Assembly (NCBI GenBank): GCA_022340745.1 | Contig: JAJDNL010000133.1 | Location: 5,315-69,314, forward strand | DNA length: 64,000 nucleotides | From: Deltaproteobacteria bacterium | Lineage (GTDB): Bacteria > Desulfobacterota > Syntrophobacteria > BM002 | Direction: 5' to 3' | Shown here: positions 17,428 to 26,790 of the stretch, piece by piece | Layout: each line of letters opens with the position of its first letter | Position numbering within the stretch: the first letter of the stretch is position 1 | Notes under the pieces: model-generated | The model's database searches: none | The model's input: only the letters and a program-made list of their open reading frames with translations | What the model was told of the DNA's origin: nothing | Made by a program: the position numbers and the translations under genes

Positions 17428-18300
17428 TTATCTTTCGGGCCCAATCAACTCAATTTCAAAGAGTTTAGGCCACAGTTTTCCGGTTACGAACAAGCGATCA
17501 TTTTTGACGTCGTAGGCAATGCCATTGAGGACGTCGACCCGGCGATCGCGATCTTCAGGTCTTAGAAGTCCTTCCAGGTCTATCCACCCTATCACTTCAC
17601 CGCTCTCAGGGGAGATTTTTGCAATGCGGTCTGTTTGCCAAACATTCGCGTAGATCTCCCCTTGAACGTATTCCAGTTCATTGAGTCTGGACACGGGACC
17701 CTCTCTGGTGTGGACTTTAAGCCGGTGGACTTCCTGAAAGGTCTGAGGATCTAGAAAGTACAATGTTGAGGTGCCGTCACTCATGATGAGAGACCTGCCG
17801 TCGTGGGTTATGCCCCAACCCTCGGTAGGATAGGTAAATGTGTCCAGCAATTGAAAGGTTTCTCTGTGGTAAACAAAACCTACCCTCGAGCGCCAGGTCA
17901 ATTGAATGACTCGGTTGCCGTAGATTGTGATCCCTTCACCGAAAAACTGGGCTGAGAGTCGCCGGACTCGAAGGATATTCCCGGTCTTTAGGTCAACCTT
18001 CCTCAGGCTGGAATGACCTCGCAGCCCTGTCCCTTCGTAGAGGAAGTCGTCTGCAAAAACCAATCCCTGGGTGAAAGCGTTTCGGTCATGAGGATAGGTA
18101 TTAACGATCCTATAACTTACAACCGGAGCAGGATCAGGTGTTGCGGGTTGGGTGGAGTTTGTTACAGCAGGAGCGATTGCCTCAGCTGAACTATGCCGGC
18201 CTGTCTCTGCGGAAAATACCGTGGTTGGGACCAACAAAATCCAAGAGAAAAACAGGAAGAGTCCAACAAGAGAATACATTCGGGCAAGCAAGCTCTTCAT
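17428..18300 (-). CDS. glutaminyl-peptide cyclotransferase (beta-propeller type), secreted
   Basis: 290 aa. Signal peptide, ..YRIVNTYPHDRNAFTQGLVF..DFLYEGTGL.. Confidence 0.75.
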   Translation of the reverse strand: MKSLLARMYSLVGLFLFFSWILLVPTTVFSAETGRHSSAEAIAPAVTNSTQPATPDPAPVVSYRIVNTYPHDRNAFTQGLVFADDFLYEGTGLRGHSSLRKVDLKTGNILRVRRLSAQFFGEGITIYGNRVIQLTWRSRVGFVYHRETFQLLDTFTYPTEGWGITHDGRSLIMSDGTSTLYFLDPQTFQEVHRLKVHTREGPVSRLNELEYVQGEIYANVWQTDRIAKISPESGEVIGWIDLEGLLRPEDRDRRVDVLNGIAYDVKNDRLFVTGKLWPKLFEIELIGPER

Positions 18301-18304
18301 CTCA

Positions 18305-18877
18305 TTACTCGATAAGACTAATCAGTTGTTCAACCGATACACCTAAATTAGGACTGTTGTGCAAGGAGTTGCCAGGTCGCAAGACCTGTTCAGGAATGAA
18401 ACCAGGCAAATGAAAGTTGCACGACACAACCACAGTCCCGGGCTTGAGATTGGCTTCGAGCTTCGCTGCCAAATCCCTCATTACATCCGGAAAGAGATAG
18501 CGGAAAACAACGTCGGCCGCCGACAGATCTTCTGTCCAAAAGTTGCGCCATATTACCTCTACGTTTTGCGGACCAAGGCGCAGGAGTTTGGCCTTCAAAT
18601 AGGCCAGGAGATTCAGGTCGTATCCAAGCTCTCTCGCACCATATCTTTTCCGCACCTTGCGAAGAACTCACCAGTCTCCGCAACCAATGTCGACGAGGAG
18701 TTGGCCTGATTGTGTGGGTACCGCGTCCATAAAGGCGGTAATTCTTACCCGGGAGGTTGAGACGTACAGTGCTCCTCGAGTAATAGGAAGAAGCAGGGCA
18801 GTGCAAAAGACGTACGCAAGTTTGAGCACGATGAAAACTGCAGCGACAGTTAAGCATATCAGAAGCCACGTGTACAT
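18305..18877 (-). pseudogene. class I SAM-dependent methyltransferase with in-frame TGA after motif I (nonsense pseudogene, split gene or recoding)
   Basis: ORFs 18668..18877 (..LVDIGCGDW*) and 18305..18655 (GTG-started VLRKVRKRYGAREL..) are the same frame separated only by TGA at 18668..18670. The combined 190-aa product is a normal Rossmann MTase. Confidence 0.5.
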
Positions 18878-18895
18878 TTCCCGGGCCTGGATTCT

Positions 18896-19126
18896 TTACT
18901 CTTCGCTCTTGTTCTGTTTTGATATTTTTCGGGCTTTATTGACTTCACCACTCAAGTCAATAGTCCCGCAATCCAAACACATGGTTGAAAAAATGGGAAC
19001 ATGCCCTGTGAGAGCAGTTAAAAAACGTGGATCATCAAAATGAAAGTTTACCCGACCCGTGGACTGAACCCGGCCAGGTTCCAGGTTTGAGCCTCCACAG
19101 CGAGAACAGGTCTTGGAATCACTCAT
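18896..19126 (-). CDS. small zinc-ribbon protein
   Basis: 76 aa. MSDSKTCSRCGG...CLDCG. Strong SD AAAGGGGAG before ATG 19126. The longer 97-aa ORF start lacks an SD. Confidence 0.5.
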   Translation of the reverse strand: MSDSKTCSRCGGSNLEPGRVQSTGRVNFHFDDPRFLTALTGHVPIFSTMCLDCGTIDLSGEVNKARKISKQNKSEE

Positions 19127-19216
19127 AGTTACTCCCCTTTCTTCAGATGAAATAGTAGGGCCTGCATACTCACCGAGATATCTATGCAAAAATTATCCCA
19201 AAACAAGGTCTACTCA

Positions 19217-19330
19217 ACTTCGAAAACCTGGTCATTGGAGCCAAGTCAAAGCTCCCTGGTTTTGCCGGCAGAAGAGGTTTCAGCTCCTATGTTTCTTTTG
19301 CCTGACACCTGACACCTAAAACCCTGGGAT
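19217..19330 (+). repeat. REP-like element (copy 4)
   Basis: cttcgaaaacctggtcattggagccaagtcaaagctccctggttttgccggcagaagaggtttcagctcctatgtttcttttgcctgacacctgacacctaaaaccctggg. Confidence 0.65.
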
Positions 19331-19390
19331 TTCAGACGGGAGGAGAGGTTCAGCTTGGAAAACCTGGGACAAGGATGCAGGTGTAGCAAT

Positions 19391-19756
19391 TTATTGCGGC
19401 AAATCAACGATCATGACTTTCCCTCCATATCCGTGGACCGAATCGTGGGCTCGAATGGTTACCCGGTGAATTTCTTGGGGTATCTTTACTCCTGACAGGC
19501 TCCTTGTGAATGGTTGTTCCTGGACATGTGGGTGGTAAAGAGTACGAGTGCCAAGAATGGTCCCGTCCGGAGCAACAACATCCCACTTGTTCGCATAGTG
19601 ATTCCAGCCTTCGTCTTTGTGAGTAACAGTAACGTCAAAATCATAAACATTGTCGCCACTGCGGTTTACCTTTACCTGCAAGACATCCACTTCGCCAGCA
19701 TAGGTTACGGCACATGAAAAGAGAAAAATCAACACCAGAACCTGAAACGTCTTCAC
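19391..19756 (-). CDS. secreted hypothetical protein
   Basis: 121 aa with clear signal peptide MKTFQVLVLIFLFSCAVTYA. Confidence 0.5.
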   Translation of the reverse strand: MKTFQVLVLIFLFSCAVTYAGEVDVLQVKVNRSGDNVYDFDVTVTHKDEGWNHYANKWDVVAPDGTILGTRTLYHPHVQEQPFTRSLSGVKIPQEIHRVTIRAHDSVHGYGGKVMIVDLPQ

Positions 19757-19892
19757 TTTTCGAGACCTCGGGTTGAAAAACGGATCAGTGCTTCATTCCA
19801 ATCATTGAAGCAACAGGTCCTATGGATCGAACGACTATTAACTTAGCTCCGCAAGAATCTATTGTACCCTGGGCACCATGTCACAATTCGCC

Positions 19893-20160
19893 CAACACGT
19901 CATTCCGGACGAGGCCGCCCAAGGCAGGCGAGATCCGGAATCCACAAATACAGGTTAATAAATGATGCCTGGATTCCCGCCTGCGCGGGAATGACGTGAT
20001 TACATGAGCCCGTCATTCCGGAATTCGCTGCAGGCGGATGTCCGGAATCCAGAAAACCTACAATGACCTCATTTGGTGCCTGGTTCCCCGCCTTCGCGGG
20101 GACGTTGTCTGGATCCCGGCTCGCGTCCCGCTTTGCAGGACTTGGCCGGGATGACGCATT
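19893..20160. repeat. tandem array of five non-identical hairpin units (ATTCCGGA/TCCGGAAT, ATTCCCGC/GCGGGAAT, TTCCCCGC/GCGGGGA, ATCCCGGC/GCCGGGAT)
   Basis: Units are ~45-70 bp. Each is flanked by cctgg..gacg or cgtcattcc.. and carries an 8-9 bp stem; loop length alternates 24/4/18/4/24 nt. Stem sequences covary between units. Not CRISPR, since the units are not identical direct repeats. Confidence 0.6.
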
Positions 20161-20226
20161 GCGACACAGCACCTCAAAGTGAAAAGCACTTTTTTCGGAG
20201 TTAAGGGCATAGGCGTATTGATCATT

Positions 20227-20733
20227 TCACCGAGATTTATCGTTCTCTTGAAAGGTGATTCCTCTGATGATGCTGTCTTTGGCAACCTTGAAGGTAGAAG
20301 AGAACTCCAGCACCGGTCTTTCAGCTTCATTGTAAACAGTTGCCTGCCCTTGCAGTATTCTTCCTTCTTGTTGCAGGACTTTTGCTCTGGCGGTAACGAC
20401 CCCTTGTTTGACAGGATAAAGAAATTTTGACTCCAGAGCAATTGTGGCAAAGTGAGTTTGAACCGGAGCCAAACTCTTGATGGCCATGACAACCGCGGTG
20501 TCGGCCAGGCTAATCAGAGCACCACCGTGCAAGAGCCCGGCTCCTTGAGCGAGGTCGATAAGAAAAGGCATGGTCAAGGTGGCCCGACCGTCAGAGGCTT
20601 CGACGATCTCCATGTGCAACAATCGCTCAAAGGGCGCACAACTAATCCAGCCGTCCATATCAAATTTATGTGGGCCAGTGTATCGATCCATGGCTACAAT
20701 CCTCTCCTCCGTGGCATCCTGGTTATTCAACAT
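20227..20733 (-). CDS. PaaI-family hotdog-fold thioesterase
   Basis: 168 aa. ..LLHGGALISLADTAVVMA.. is a 4HBT/PaaI signature. Confidence 0.75.
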   Translation of the reverse strand: MLNNQDATEERIVAMDRYTGPHKFDMDGWISCAPFERLLHMEIVEASDGRATLTMPFLIDLAQGAGLLHGGALISLADTAVVMAIKSLAPVQTHFATIALESKFLYPVKQGVVTARAKVLQQEGRILQGQATVYNEAERPVLEFSSTFKVAKDSIIRGITFQENDKSR

Positions 20734-20900
20734 CGAAAATCTGGTCCATAGGACCAGTCCACGATCCCGCCTTGCGGAGATCAGAGTTCAATGACTTTGC
20801 CGGCAGAAGAGGTTTCAGTGTTCTTGTTTTTCTTCCCTGAGACCTGACACCCGACACCTGAAACCCTGAAATTTGGGTCCGGATTTTTTACTCTCCCACT
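20727..20900 (+). repeat. REP-like element (copy 5, full length) overlapping PaaI start codon
   Basis: ttcaacatcgaaaatCTGGTCCatAGGACCAGtccacgatcccgccttgcggagatcagagttcaatgactttgccggcagaagaggtttcagt..ccctgagacctgacacccgacacctgaaaccctgaaatttgggtccggattttttact. Confidence 0.7.
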
Positions 20901-21637
20901 ACTCTGACCCACAAAGCGGAGCTCCTTTGAATGAGTTCCGGCCAGATCTCAGAGGGAGTTTTATCGAAAACACTTTCTTCATCGGCCGATAAAATATGCC
21001 AGCCGCCTCTTGACACTTCATGGTCCAATTGCCCAGGGGCCCAACCGGCATAACCCGCATAAACACGAAATCTTTCTGGGGTGTCGGGATTGTCGATCAT
21101 TTTCTCAATGATCGCGTGACTGGAGCTGAGGTAGATGTCCTTGAATACGAGGCGAGATCCCTCAGGTGGACTGCTGGTTTTTATGAGAAGCATCAACTGA
21201 TTCTTGGCCACAGGGCCGCCCAGATAAATGGTGTCAGACCGTTTCTGCAAACCCTCTATCTCCGGCAACACCTTTGAAAGTTTGACCGTGGTGGGTCGAT
21301 TAATTACTAGTCCCATGGCACCCTGGGTATCATACTCAAGCAGGAGTACGACCGTTTCAAAAAATTGCGGATCTCTCAGCTGTTTGCTGGCGACCAGAAA
21401 TTTCCCTTTTGACAGCTTGATCTGGGGCCGTGACTGATCCGATGTGTGGAAGATAAGGGGACCCTCAAACGATGGCAAGGTAGAGATGTGGCTGGAAAAA
21501 GCCGTATTCATCAACACCATGTCAGCCACTGGTGAGATGAGAATCAATAGGACCGTAAGTGCAACAATAGCCCACCACTTAGGGATTCGCCTGTACTCAC
21601 TCGATGTGGAATGCAGGGTCACAAAAGCCTCTTCCAA
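20888..21637 (-). CDS. YqgE/AlgH-family protein (UPF0301) with N-terminal membrane extension
   Basis: ..FFETVVLLLEYDTQGAMGLVINRPT..YLGGPV.. is a DUF179 signature. Confidence 0.7.
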   Translation of the reverse strand: MEEAFVTLHSTSSEYRRIPKWWAIVALTVLLILISPVADMVLMNTAFSSHISTLPSFEGPLIFHTSDQSRPQIKLSKGKFLVASKQLRDPQFFETVVLLLEYDTQGAMGLVINRPTTVKLSKVLPEIEGLQKRSDTIYLGGPVAKNQLMLLIKTSSPPEGSRLVFKDIYLSSSHAIIEKMIDNPDTPERFRVYAGYAGWAPGQLDHEVSRGGWHILSADEESVFDKTPSEIWPELIQRSSALWVRVVGE

Positions 21638-21744
21638 TCTGCTGAAGGTTTTCTCCCGTGCTTCCTGTTTTTCGAGCTTGGTTGCTTCAGAGATTGCGCT
21701 TCGCTCTTCCAGAGTTTTCGGAATGACACTGGTTGGGGTGCAGA

Positions 21745-22167
21745 TTAGTTAAAACCCTCATATCTGTCAAAAAAGGAATGAATTCCATCTTCAGAAAACC
21801 AAACCGGGTCCCATGGCTCGTCTTCCACTAAATCTCTATACCGTTCTTTAAAGACATAAACCCAGGCTGTAATGGTGCGTCCGTCAGTCAACCCACATTC
21901 GACCATTTCCTTTTGATAATATTCCCCCTCGAATGCATCCAATGTCTTCACGTCGCTCTTGCTCACATTCAGGTAGATAATACCATCAACATAATCTCGG
22001 CTCGTCCCAGGAAGTACCGTCGGATATATCTCACCCCGTATTTTCCTCCTCTTGTAGCCATACAATCTTGCGCCTACCTTTTCGTGCATACCACCCACCA
22101 CTTTCGACCAAACTCGATGGAACATGAGGGAACCGTATGTAAAAACATGCAGACTCATAAGCATCAA
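21745..22167 (-). CDS. gamma-glutamylcyclotransferase-like (AIG2/GGCT fold) protein
   Basis: HVFTYGSLM.. N-terminal signature. Confidence 0.65.
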   Translation of the reverse strand: MMLMSLHVFTYGSLMFHRVWSKVVGGMHEKVGARLYGYKRRKIRGEIYPTVLPGTSRDYVDGIIYLNVSKSDVKTLDAFEGEYYQKEMVECGLTDGRTITAWVYVFKERYRDLVEDEPWDPVWFSEDGIHSFFDRYEGFN

Positions 22168-22213
22168 TGTAATATTAACGATTGAGCTAACCGGTTCATC
22201 ATATATCGACCAG

Positions 22214-23362
22214 TTACGATGACATCTCCTCTAACTCCTTCAGTTTGGCAATACCCCATCGTATTTCTTCTGGCTCGTAGGCGGGAAAAGTCAAACGCGT
22301 AAACAAGCCGTCCTTACGCTTTTTCTCTCTCAAATTAGGAGCGACAGCATCCCAGGCCGCAGCGATACCAACGCCGGCTTCTTTGGCAGCTTGGATGAAT
22401 GCTTCTTCTTTTTCTGATGTTATTTTCTGCAAGCTGATACTCGCAAAGAAGCCGCCGCTGATATCAACAGAAGAGACTTCCGGAAAATGAGCATAAAGCG
22501 ACACATTAAGTGCCTCCATTTTCGGTTTATAAAGAGCACGTAGATAGTCCAGAAAGTCTGCATACTTACCAGATTCAATGAAATCGGCTATGAATGCCTG
22601 CGTTGGTAGGTTGGGATTGATCCGGCTGTTGGCAACAACCTTACCCATGTGTTCTACATAGTCTTTGGGCAGAACGATGTATCCACACTTCGTCCCCGGA
22701 GAAACAGTTTTGGTAAAGGAACTCATCAAAATAGGTCCCCATTCTGAAACCGTAATAGAGGTATTTTGATTGCCGTCATAGCGCAGCAGTTCATAGCAAA
22801 TATCCCAAGCGCACAGGATGGACTGTTCTCTGCATATCTGTTCCACAGCCTGCCGATTCTCTTCAGAGTAATTGATACCAGTGGGATTTTGATGAAACGG
22901 GATTCCGTAAAAAACTGCGGCTGGGATTTTATTCGCCACTTCTTTGAATTGATCGAGATTTATTCCAGTCGATGTCAATTCGACTCCGATCAGATTATGC
23001 CCGTACCGTTCTGCATCGAACAGGAAGCGATCATATGTTGCTTCCTCAACAATAATATTGCTTGCTCGCGGGATTGACTTGAGAAAAAGTGAAATCACTT
23101 CCATGCCGCCATTGCCAACAATGACTCGTTCCGGATCAACCTGATGTGACTGGCCCATGAGTTCTCGCAAAGGCTTAAAGCCATTGATATGACCGTACTG
23201 AAGCACATCTGTTCCATATCTTTGTATCGCTTTTTCATAGCCCTCGGATGCCATTGGTATGAGGCGGGAAAGTGCTTCTTCAGCAGGAATACCCCGCAAG
23301 AAATTGATTGATCTTTGTTCGCGTGCTTTACCCACTGTACAATCCTCCCTTTTTTCATTCAT
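22214..23362 (-). CDS. PLP-dependent aminotransferase (class I/II fold)
   Basis: ..MSSFTKTVSPGTKCGY.. Lys region. Internal start MNEKRED (23362) chosen because the long ORF N-terminus overlaps the upstream ACT-domain gene. Confidence 0.65.
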   Translation of the reverse strand: MNEKREDCTVGKAREQRSINFLRGIPAEEALSRLIPMASEGYEKAIQRYGTDVLQYGHINGFKPLRELMGQSHQVDPERVIVGNGGMEVISLFLKSIPRASNIIVEEATYDRFLFDAERYGHNLIGVELTSTGINLDQFKEVANKIPAAVFYGIPFHQNPTGINYSEENRQAVEQICREQSILCAWDICYELLRYDGNQNTSITVSEWGPILMSSFTKTVSPGTKCGYIVLPKDYVEHMGKVVANSRINPNLPTQAFIADFIESGKYADFLDYLRALYKPKMEALNVSLYAHFPEVSSVDISGGFFASISLQKITSEKEEAFIQAAKEAGVGIAAAWDAVAPNLREKKRKDGLFTRLTFPAYEPEEIRWGIAKLKELEEMSS

Positions 23363-23438
23363 TTTGATGCAAGATGTGAATAGCACAGCATTGGGGCGGG
23401 AACAAGGGAAAAAGGGTGAGAACAGAGAGATATCCAGG

Positions 23439-23837
23439 CTATACAAAGCGGTGTCCAGCATGCGACAGTGCCTGGACAGCACTATCCACCTGTGCTTCCT
23501 TGACCAGCAGATAGTCGGTATCAAAGGTAGATATTGCCAGAACGCTGATACCGGCCTGGGCCAGAGGCATCGTTAATGAGGACAGGATTCCAGTCAAAGA
23601 AAAGTCCAGAGGCCCCCCCACCTTGAAACAGCGAAAGCCTTTCTCACAACGAGTCCCTTGAGGTATTGTTTCCTGTAGACATAAAAGTGAGAGTTCTTCC
23701 TTTGTCCGGGTAACAGAGAAGAAATCCCCGGCCAGGACCCAAGAGGGAATGTCTTCCTCGGGTCCCAGTCTACAAATGGCAAAAGTGTCAGATAACAATG
23801 AGAGAGCAAGGTTGGTGTGGCTCATGCCGTTCTCCAC
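23439..23837 (-). CDS. ACT-domain-containing small regulatory protein
   Basis: 132 aa. beta-alpha-beta-beta-alpha-beta-like pattern. ..GILSSLTMPLAQAGISVLAISTFDTDYLLV.. is typical of an ACT ligand-binding fold. Confidence 0.5.
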   Translation of the reverse strand: MENGMSHTNLALSLLSDTFAICRLGPEEDIPSWVLAGDFFSVTRTKEELSLLCLQETIPQGTRCEKGFRCFKVGGPLDFSLTGILSSLTMPLAQAGISVLAISTFDTDYLLVKEAQVDSAVQALSHAGHRFV

Positions 23838-23940
23838 TTGTCAAAGGCAACTCAAATAGCGTGTTTACCATTTACATTTCAACCCAGAAAACATCAAATT
23901 GATCATTACCATGTACCCTGCTAAGATCAGAGGCAATTTA

Positions 23941-24000
23941 TTTCGTCTTGAAAACCTGGTCCTCAGGGCCAGTCCAGAGCACAAAGAGCATAGCGTAAAA
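23941..24000 (+). repeat. REP-like element (copy 6, short)
   Basis: tttcgtcttgaaaacctggtcctcagggccagtccagagcacaaagagcatagcgtaaaa. Confidence 0.55.
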
Positions 24001-24222
24001 ATACAGGGAGCTTTGGCATTGACAGTTTTTCGCTTTGCGCAAAAAATACAAGAGTACTGGAGTGAACCCGAGACTATTGTGCACATTTGGGGGCACGGGG
24101 ACAAGGGGGTATTGAGTCAGGCAAGCAACCTTTTAGGAGAGCTTGAGTAAAGTGATTGTACTCCACAGATCTGCTCGAGACTTGGAAATATGATTGTGTT
24201 GTGGTAGATTCACCCGTTCGCG

Positions 24223-24350
24223 AATTGAAGCTCCCTGCAGCAAGCTGCAGGGAATCTTCGAAATGTAAGGAAGTGGTTCCATTTTGTTGTAGTTCGCTCG
24301 CTAACCCCGCAGCAAGCTACGGGGAATACGCTCGCTAGAGCATTTTCAAA
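24223..24350 (+). repeat. two-hairpin element copy C, 50 nt upstream of cNMP-binding gene
   Basis: aattgaagct-CCCTGCAGcaagCTGCAGGG-aatcttcgaaatgtaaggaagtggttccattttgttgtagttcgctcgctaa-CCCCGcagcaagctaCGGGG-aatacgctcgctagagcattttcaaa. Confidence 0.65.
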
Positions 24351-24400
24351 GGCTGAGGCGACCATTTTGCAGGGCACCAAGGGATGTACGAGGAGAAGTT

Positions 24401-24847
24401 GTGATCCCGATTGACGAACTCAAGAAGTACGAAATCTTGGCTGAACTGGATCCGGCTGAATTGAAATTCCTGTCCGGGATGGCCGAGGTCACCCATGCCC
24501 AGGAGGGTGAGGTGCTGATACAGGCTGGACTTCCGGCTCGCACGCTCTATATCCTCCAAGAAGGAAATCTCATGGTGGCCTTTCCTGATGGTCGCGCTAT
24601 TACATTGCACAAACCCGGTGGGGTGGTGGGTTGGTCGGCACTGGTCAGTCCAACACGTTACACGGCATCGGTTACCTGCCTGACGGACTGTACGCTCATT
24701 ACCTTTCCAGGCAGCGAGCTCTTACGTCTGGTCCAAAGAAACGTGGTGATGGGAACCAAAATCATGCGCAACATTTCCAAGGTGCTCGGCCGCCGGCTCC
24801 CTTTTTTGCAAGAAGAAGACAGGCAAAGACTGAGAGAGAAGAGGTAA
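24401..24847 (+). CDS. cyclic-nucleotide-binding (cNMP/Crp-like effector) domain protein
   Basis: 148 aa. GTG start with SD GGAGAAG. ..GEVLIQAGLPARTLYILQEGNLMV.. beta-barrel cNMP-binding pattern. Confidence 0.65.
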   Translation: MIPIDELKKYEILAELDPAELKFLSGMAEVTHAQEGEVLIQAGLPARTLYILQEGNLMVAFPDGRAITLHKPGGVVGWSALVSPTRYTASVTCLTDCTLITFPGSELLRLVQRNVVMGTKIMRNISKVLGRRLPFLQEEDRQRLREKR

Positions 24848-24851
24848 ACCC

Positions 24852-25316
24852 ATGGGTGGATTTTCTGCAATTAGCGTTGGCAATGGCTGGCTGATCGCTG
24901 CCCTGGGAATCTCTGTGGTTTTTTTCGGGCTTGCAGCCCTCGCGTTTATTATCACCTATTTCCCTCGGGCAATCCGCTGGTGGAATGACCATGCTGAAAA
25001 ACCCAAATATACCATTGAACTGCTGAGGAGTCTTTTCAGCAAGCGCGAGACCGAGACACCCATAAGCGCAGATACTGGGGAGGGCCATGGACCTGGCGGA
25101 CTCGATGACGTAGAAGAAGCTCTGCGCTTGCTCACTACTCATATGAAGGAGCCATTCAAGCTTCCCCGGCTTATTGAGGTGGCCGAGCAGCGAGGACTGG
25201 CCAGGGTTCACTCAACCATTAATCGTTTACTTGTAAAGGGCACGATGGTCGGTGAGACAGATGGCCTGTTCCGCTGGGCAAAGGGAAGCAAGAAGGAGGG
25301 AAATCCGCATAGTTAA
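24852..25316 (+). CDS. small membrane protein, possible OadG-like gamma subunit
   Basis: 154 aa. Single N-terminal TM helix (LIAALGISVVFFGLAALAFIITYF) immediately upstream of oadB. Confidence 0.3.
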   Translation: MGGFSAISVGNGWLIAALGISVVFFGLAALAFIITYFPRAIRWWNDHAEKPKYTIELLRSLFSKRETETPISADTGEGHGPGGLDDVEEALRLLTTHMKEPFKLPRLIEVAEQRGLARVHSTINRLLVKGTMVGETDGLFRWAKGSKKEGNPHS

Positions 25317-25665
25317 CGAGGGTTCGGCACAGCCTCAAAAAGATATAAAGGTGGTACCACTGAGACAGAGAAGAGTAGCTGCACTCAAATTCGAAATCCG
25401 AATTCCGAAGCACGAAATGGTTCGACAAGCCGTTCGACAGGCTCACGGTCCTGAGCGGAGTCGAAGGACTCACCACCCTGAGCCAAGTCGAAGGGCAAAT
25501 ACAAAATCCTAATGTTTAAATGTTCAAAACGTGACCACTCTCTCAGAATTATCTGGCGTTTCTGTCATTTGAATTTTGGGAATTCGAATTTGTTTCGGAT
25601 TTAGATATTCGAATTTCGGATTTAACCAACTCTTTGATGAACGAAGAAAGAAAACAAGGATTGTT

Positions 25666-26790
25666 ATGGAGCTCCTAATAGACTTTTTTCAAAATACCGG
25701 TTTTGGTATGGCTGACTATCGCCACTTTGTCATGATCGGTGTGGGGCTAATCTTCATTTATCTCGGTATTGCCAAACATTACGAACCGCTGCTTTTGGTC
25801 CCCATTGGCTTCGGTATTCTGGTTGGTAACGTCCCGGTTTTCAAAGGTCTGGGCCTGGGCATCTATGAGAAAGGTTCGGTGCTCAACTACCTCTACTTTG
25901 GAGTGAGCCAGGGTATTTATCCTCCGTTGATCTTTTTGGGTATCGGTGCCATGACAGATTTCTCCACACTTCTGGCCAGGCCAAAACTCATTTTGCTGGG
26001 GGCAGCTGCGCAACTAGGTGTTTTTATGACATTTTTAGGGGCTCTATTTCTGGGTTTTGTTCAAAGAGAGGCAGCGTCTATAGGCATCATTGGAGGTGCA
26101 GACGGCCCTACCGCCATCTTTTTGTCGGCCAAGTTGGCACCGCACCTGGTAGGACCCATTGCCATCGCAGCCTATTCATATATGGCCTTGGTGCCGGTTA
26201 TCCAGCCACCCATTATGAGACTGCTCACCAGCCGAGAAGAACGTCTCATCAAAATGAGTGATCCCAGAGAGGTGAGTTCGCAAGAGAAGATCCTCTTCCC
26301 CATCGTGGGCTTCTTGTTTTGCTGCTTCTTGGCGCCTGCCGCCCTGCCATTGCTTGGCATGCTCTTTTTTGGCAATCTTTTAAAGGAATGTCTGGTTACC
26401 GACCGGTTGGCGAGAACTGCCAGAACTGCTGTGGTTGATACAGTAACAATTGTTCTCGGGCTCACCGTAGGTGCCAGCACCCAGGCTGATGTATTTCTTA
26501 CTGCCAAGTCCGTAGGTATCTTTATCCTTGGCGCCTGCTCCTTCATGGTGGCCACGGCAGGTGGGGTGCTTTTTGCGAAACTGATGAACTTTTTTAGCCG
26601 CGACAAAATTAACCCTCTGCTCGGTGCAGCCGGAGTGTCGGCGGTGCCGGACTCGGCCCGAGTAGTGCAAATGGTAGGCAACGCAGAGGATCCGAGTAAC
26701 TATCTGCTCATGCACGCCATGGCGCCAAATGTTGCGGGGGTTATCGGTTCTGCCATAGCCGCCGGTGTTCTCTGGAGTTTCATTGGTTGA
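25666..26790 (+). CDS. oadB: sodium ion-translocating decarboxylase beta subunit (OadB/GcdB/MmdB family)
   Basis: MELLIDFFQNTGF..HFVMIGVGLIFIYLGIAKHYEPLLLVPIGFG.. is the hallmark OadB N-terminus. Multi-TM. SD AAGGA before ATG 25666. Confidence 0.8.
   Translation: MELLIDFFQNTGFGMADYRHFVMIGVGLIFIYLGIAKHYEPLLLVPIGFGILVGNVPVFKGLGLGIYEKGSVLNYLYFGVSQGIYPPLIFLGIGAMTDFSTLLARPKLILLGAAAQLGVFMTFLGALFLGFVQREAASIGIIGGADGPTAIFLSAKLAPHLVGPIAIAAYSYMALVPVIQPPIMRLLTSREERLIKMSDPREVSSQEKILFPIVGFLFCCFLAPAALPLLGMLFFGNLLKECLVTDRLARTARTAVVDTVTIVLGLTVGASTQADVFLTAKSVGIFILGACSFMVATAGGVLFAKLMNFFSRDKINPLLGAAGVSAVPDSARVVQMVGNAEDPSNYLLMHAMAPNVAGVIGSAIAAGVLWSFIG

Noticed and set aside
18668-18670. Alternative genetic code (TGA=Trp) to explain in-frame TGAs
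   Set aside because: Many well-supported genes here terminate at TGA (e.g. feoA 31663..31665, sensor kinase 58739..58741), so the standard code applies. The TGAs are handled case by case (Sec for HesB, probable nonsense for the MTase).
19940-20000. Identity with Neisseria dRS3 (ATTCCC-N8-GGGAAT) repeats
   Set aside because: Only the generic geometry matches. Organismal context (HdrA, OadB, selenoprotein) is not Neisseria. Treated as coincidence.
19893-20160. Possible CRISPR array
   Set aside because: Repeat units are non-identical, each is an inverted repeat, and spacers are not unique-sequence. There are no cas genes.
22214-23524. Long N-terminal extension of the aminotransferase ORF
   Set aside because: The Cys/Arg-rich, non-protein-like extension overlaps the ACT-domain gene. 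Internal start at 23362 used instead.
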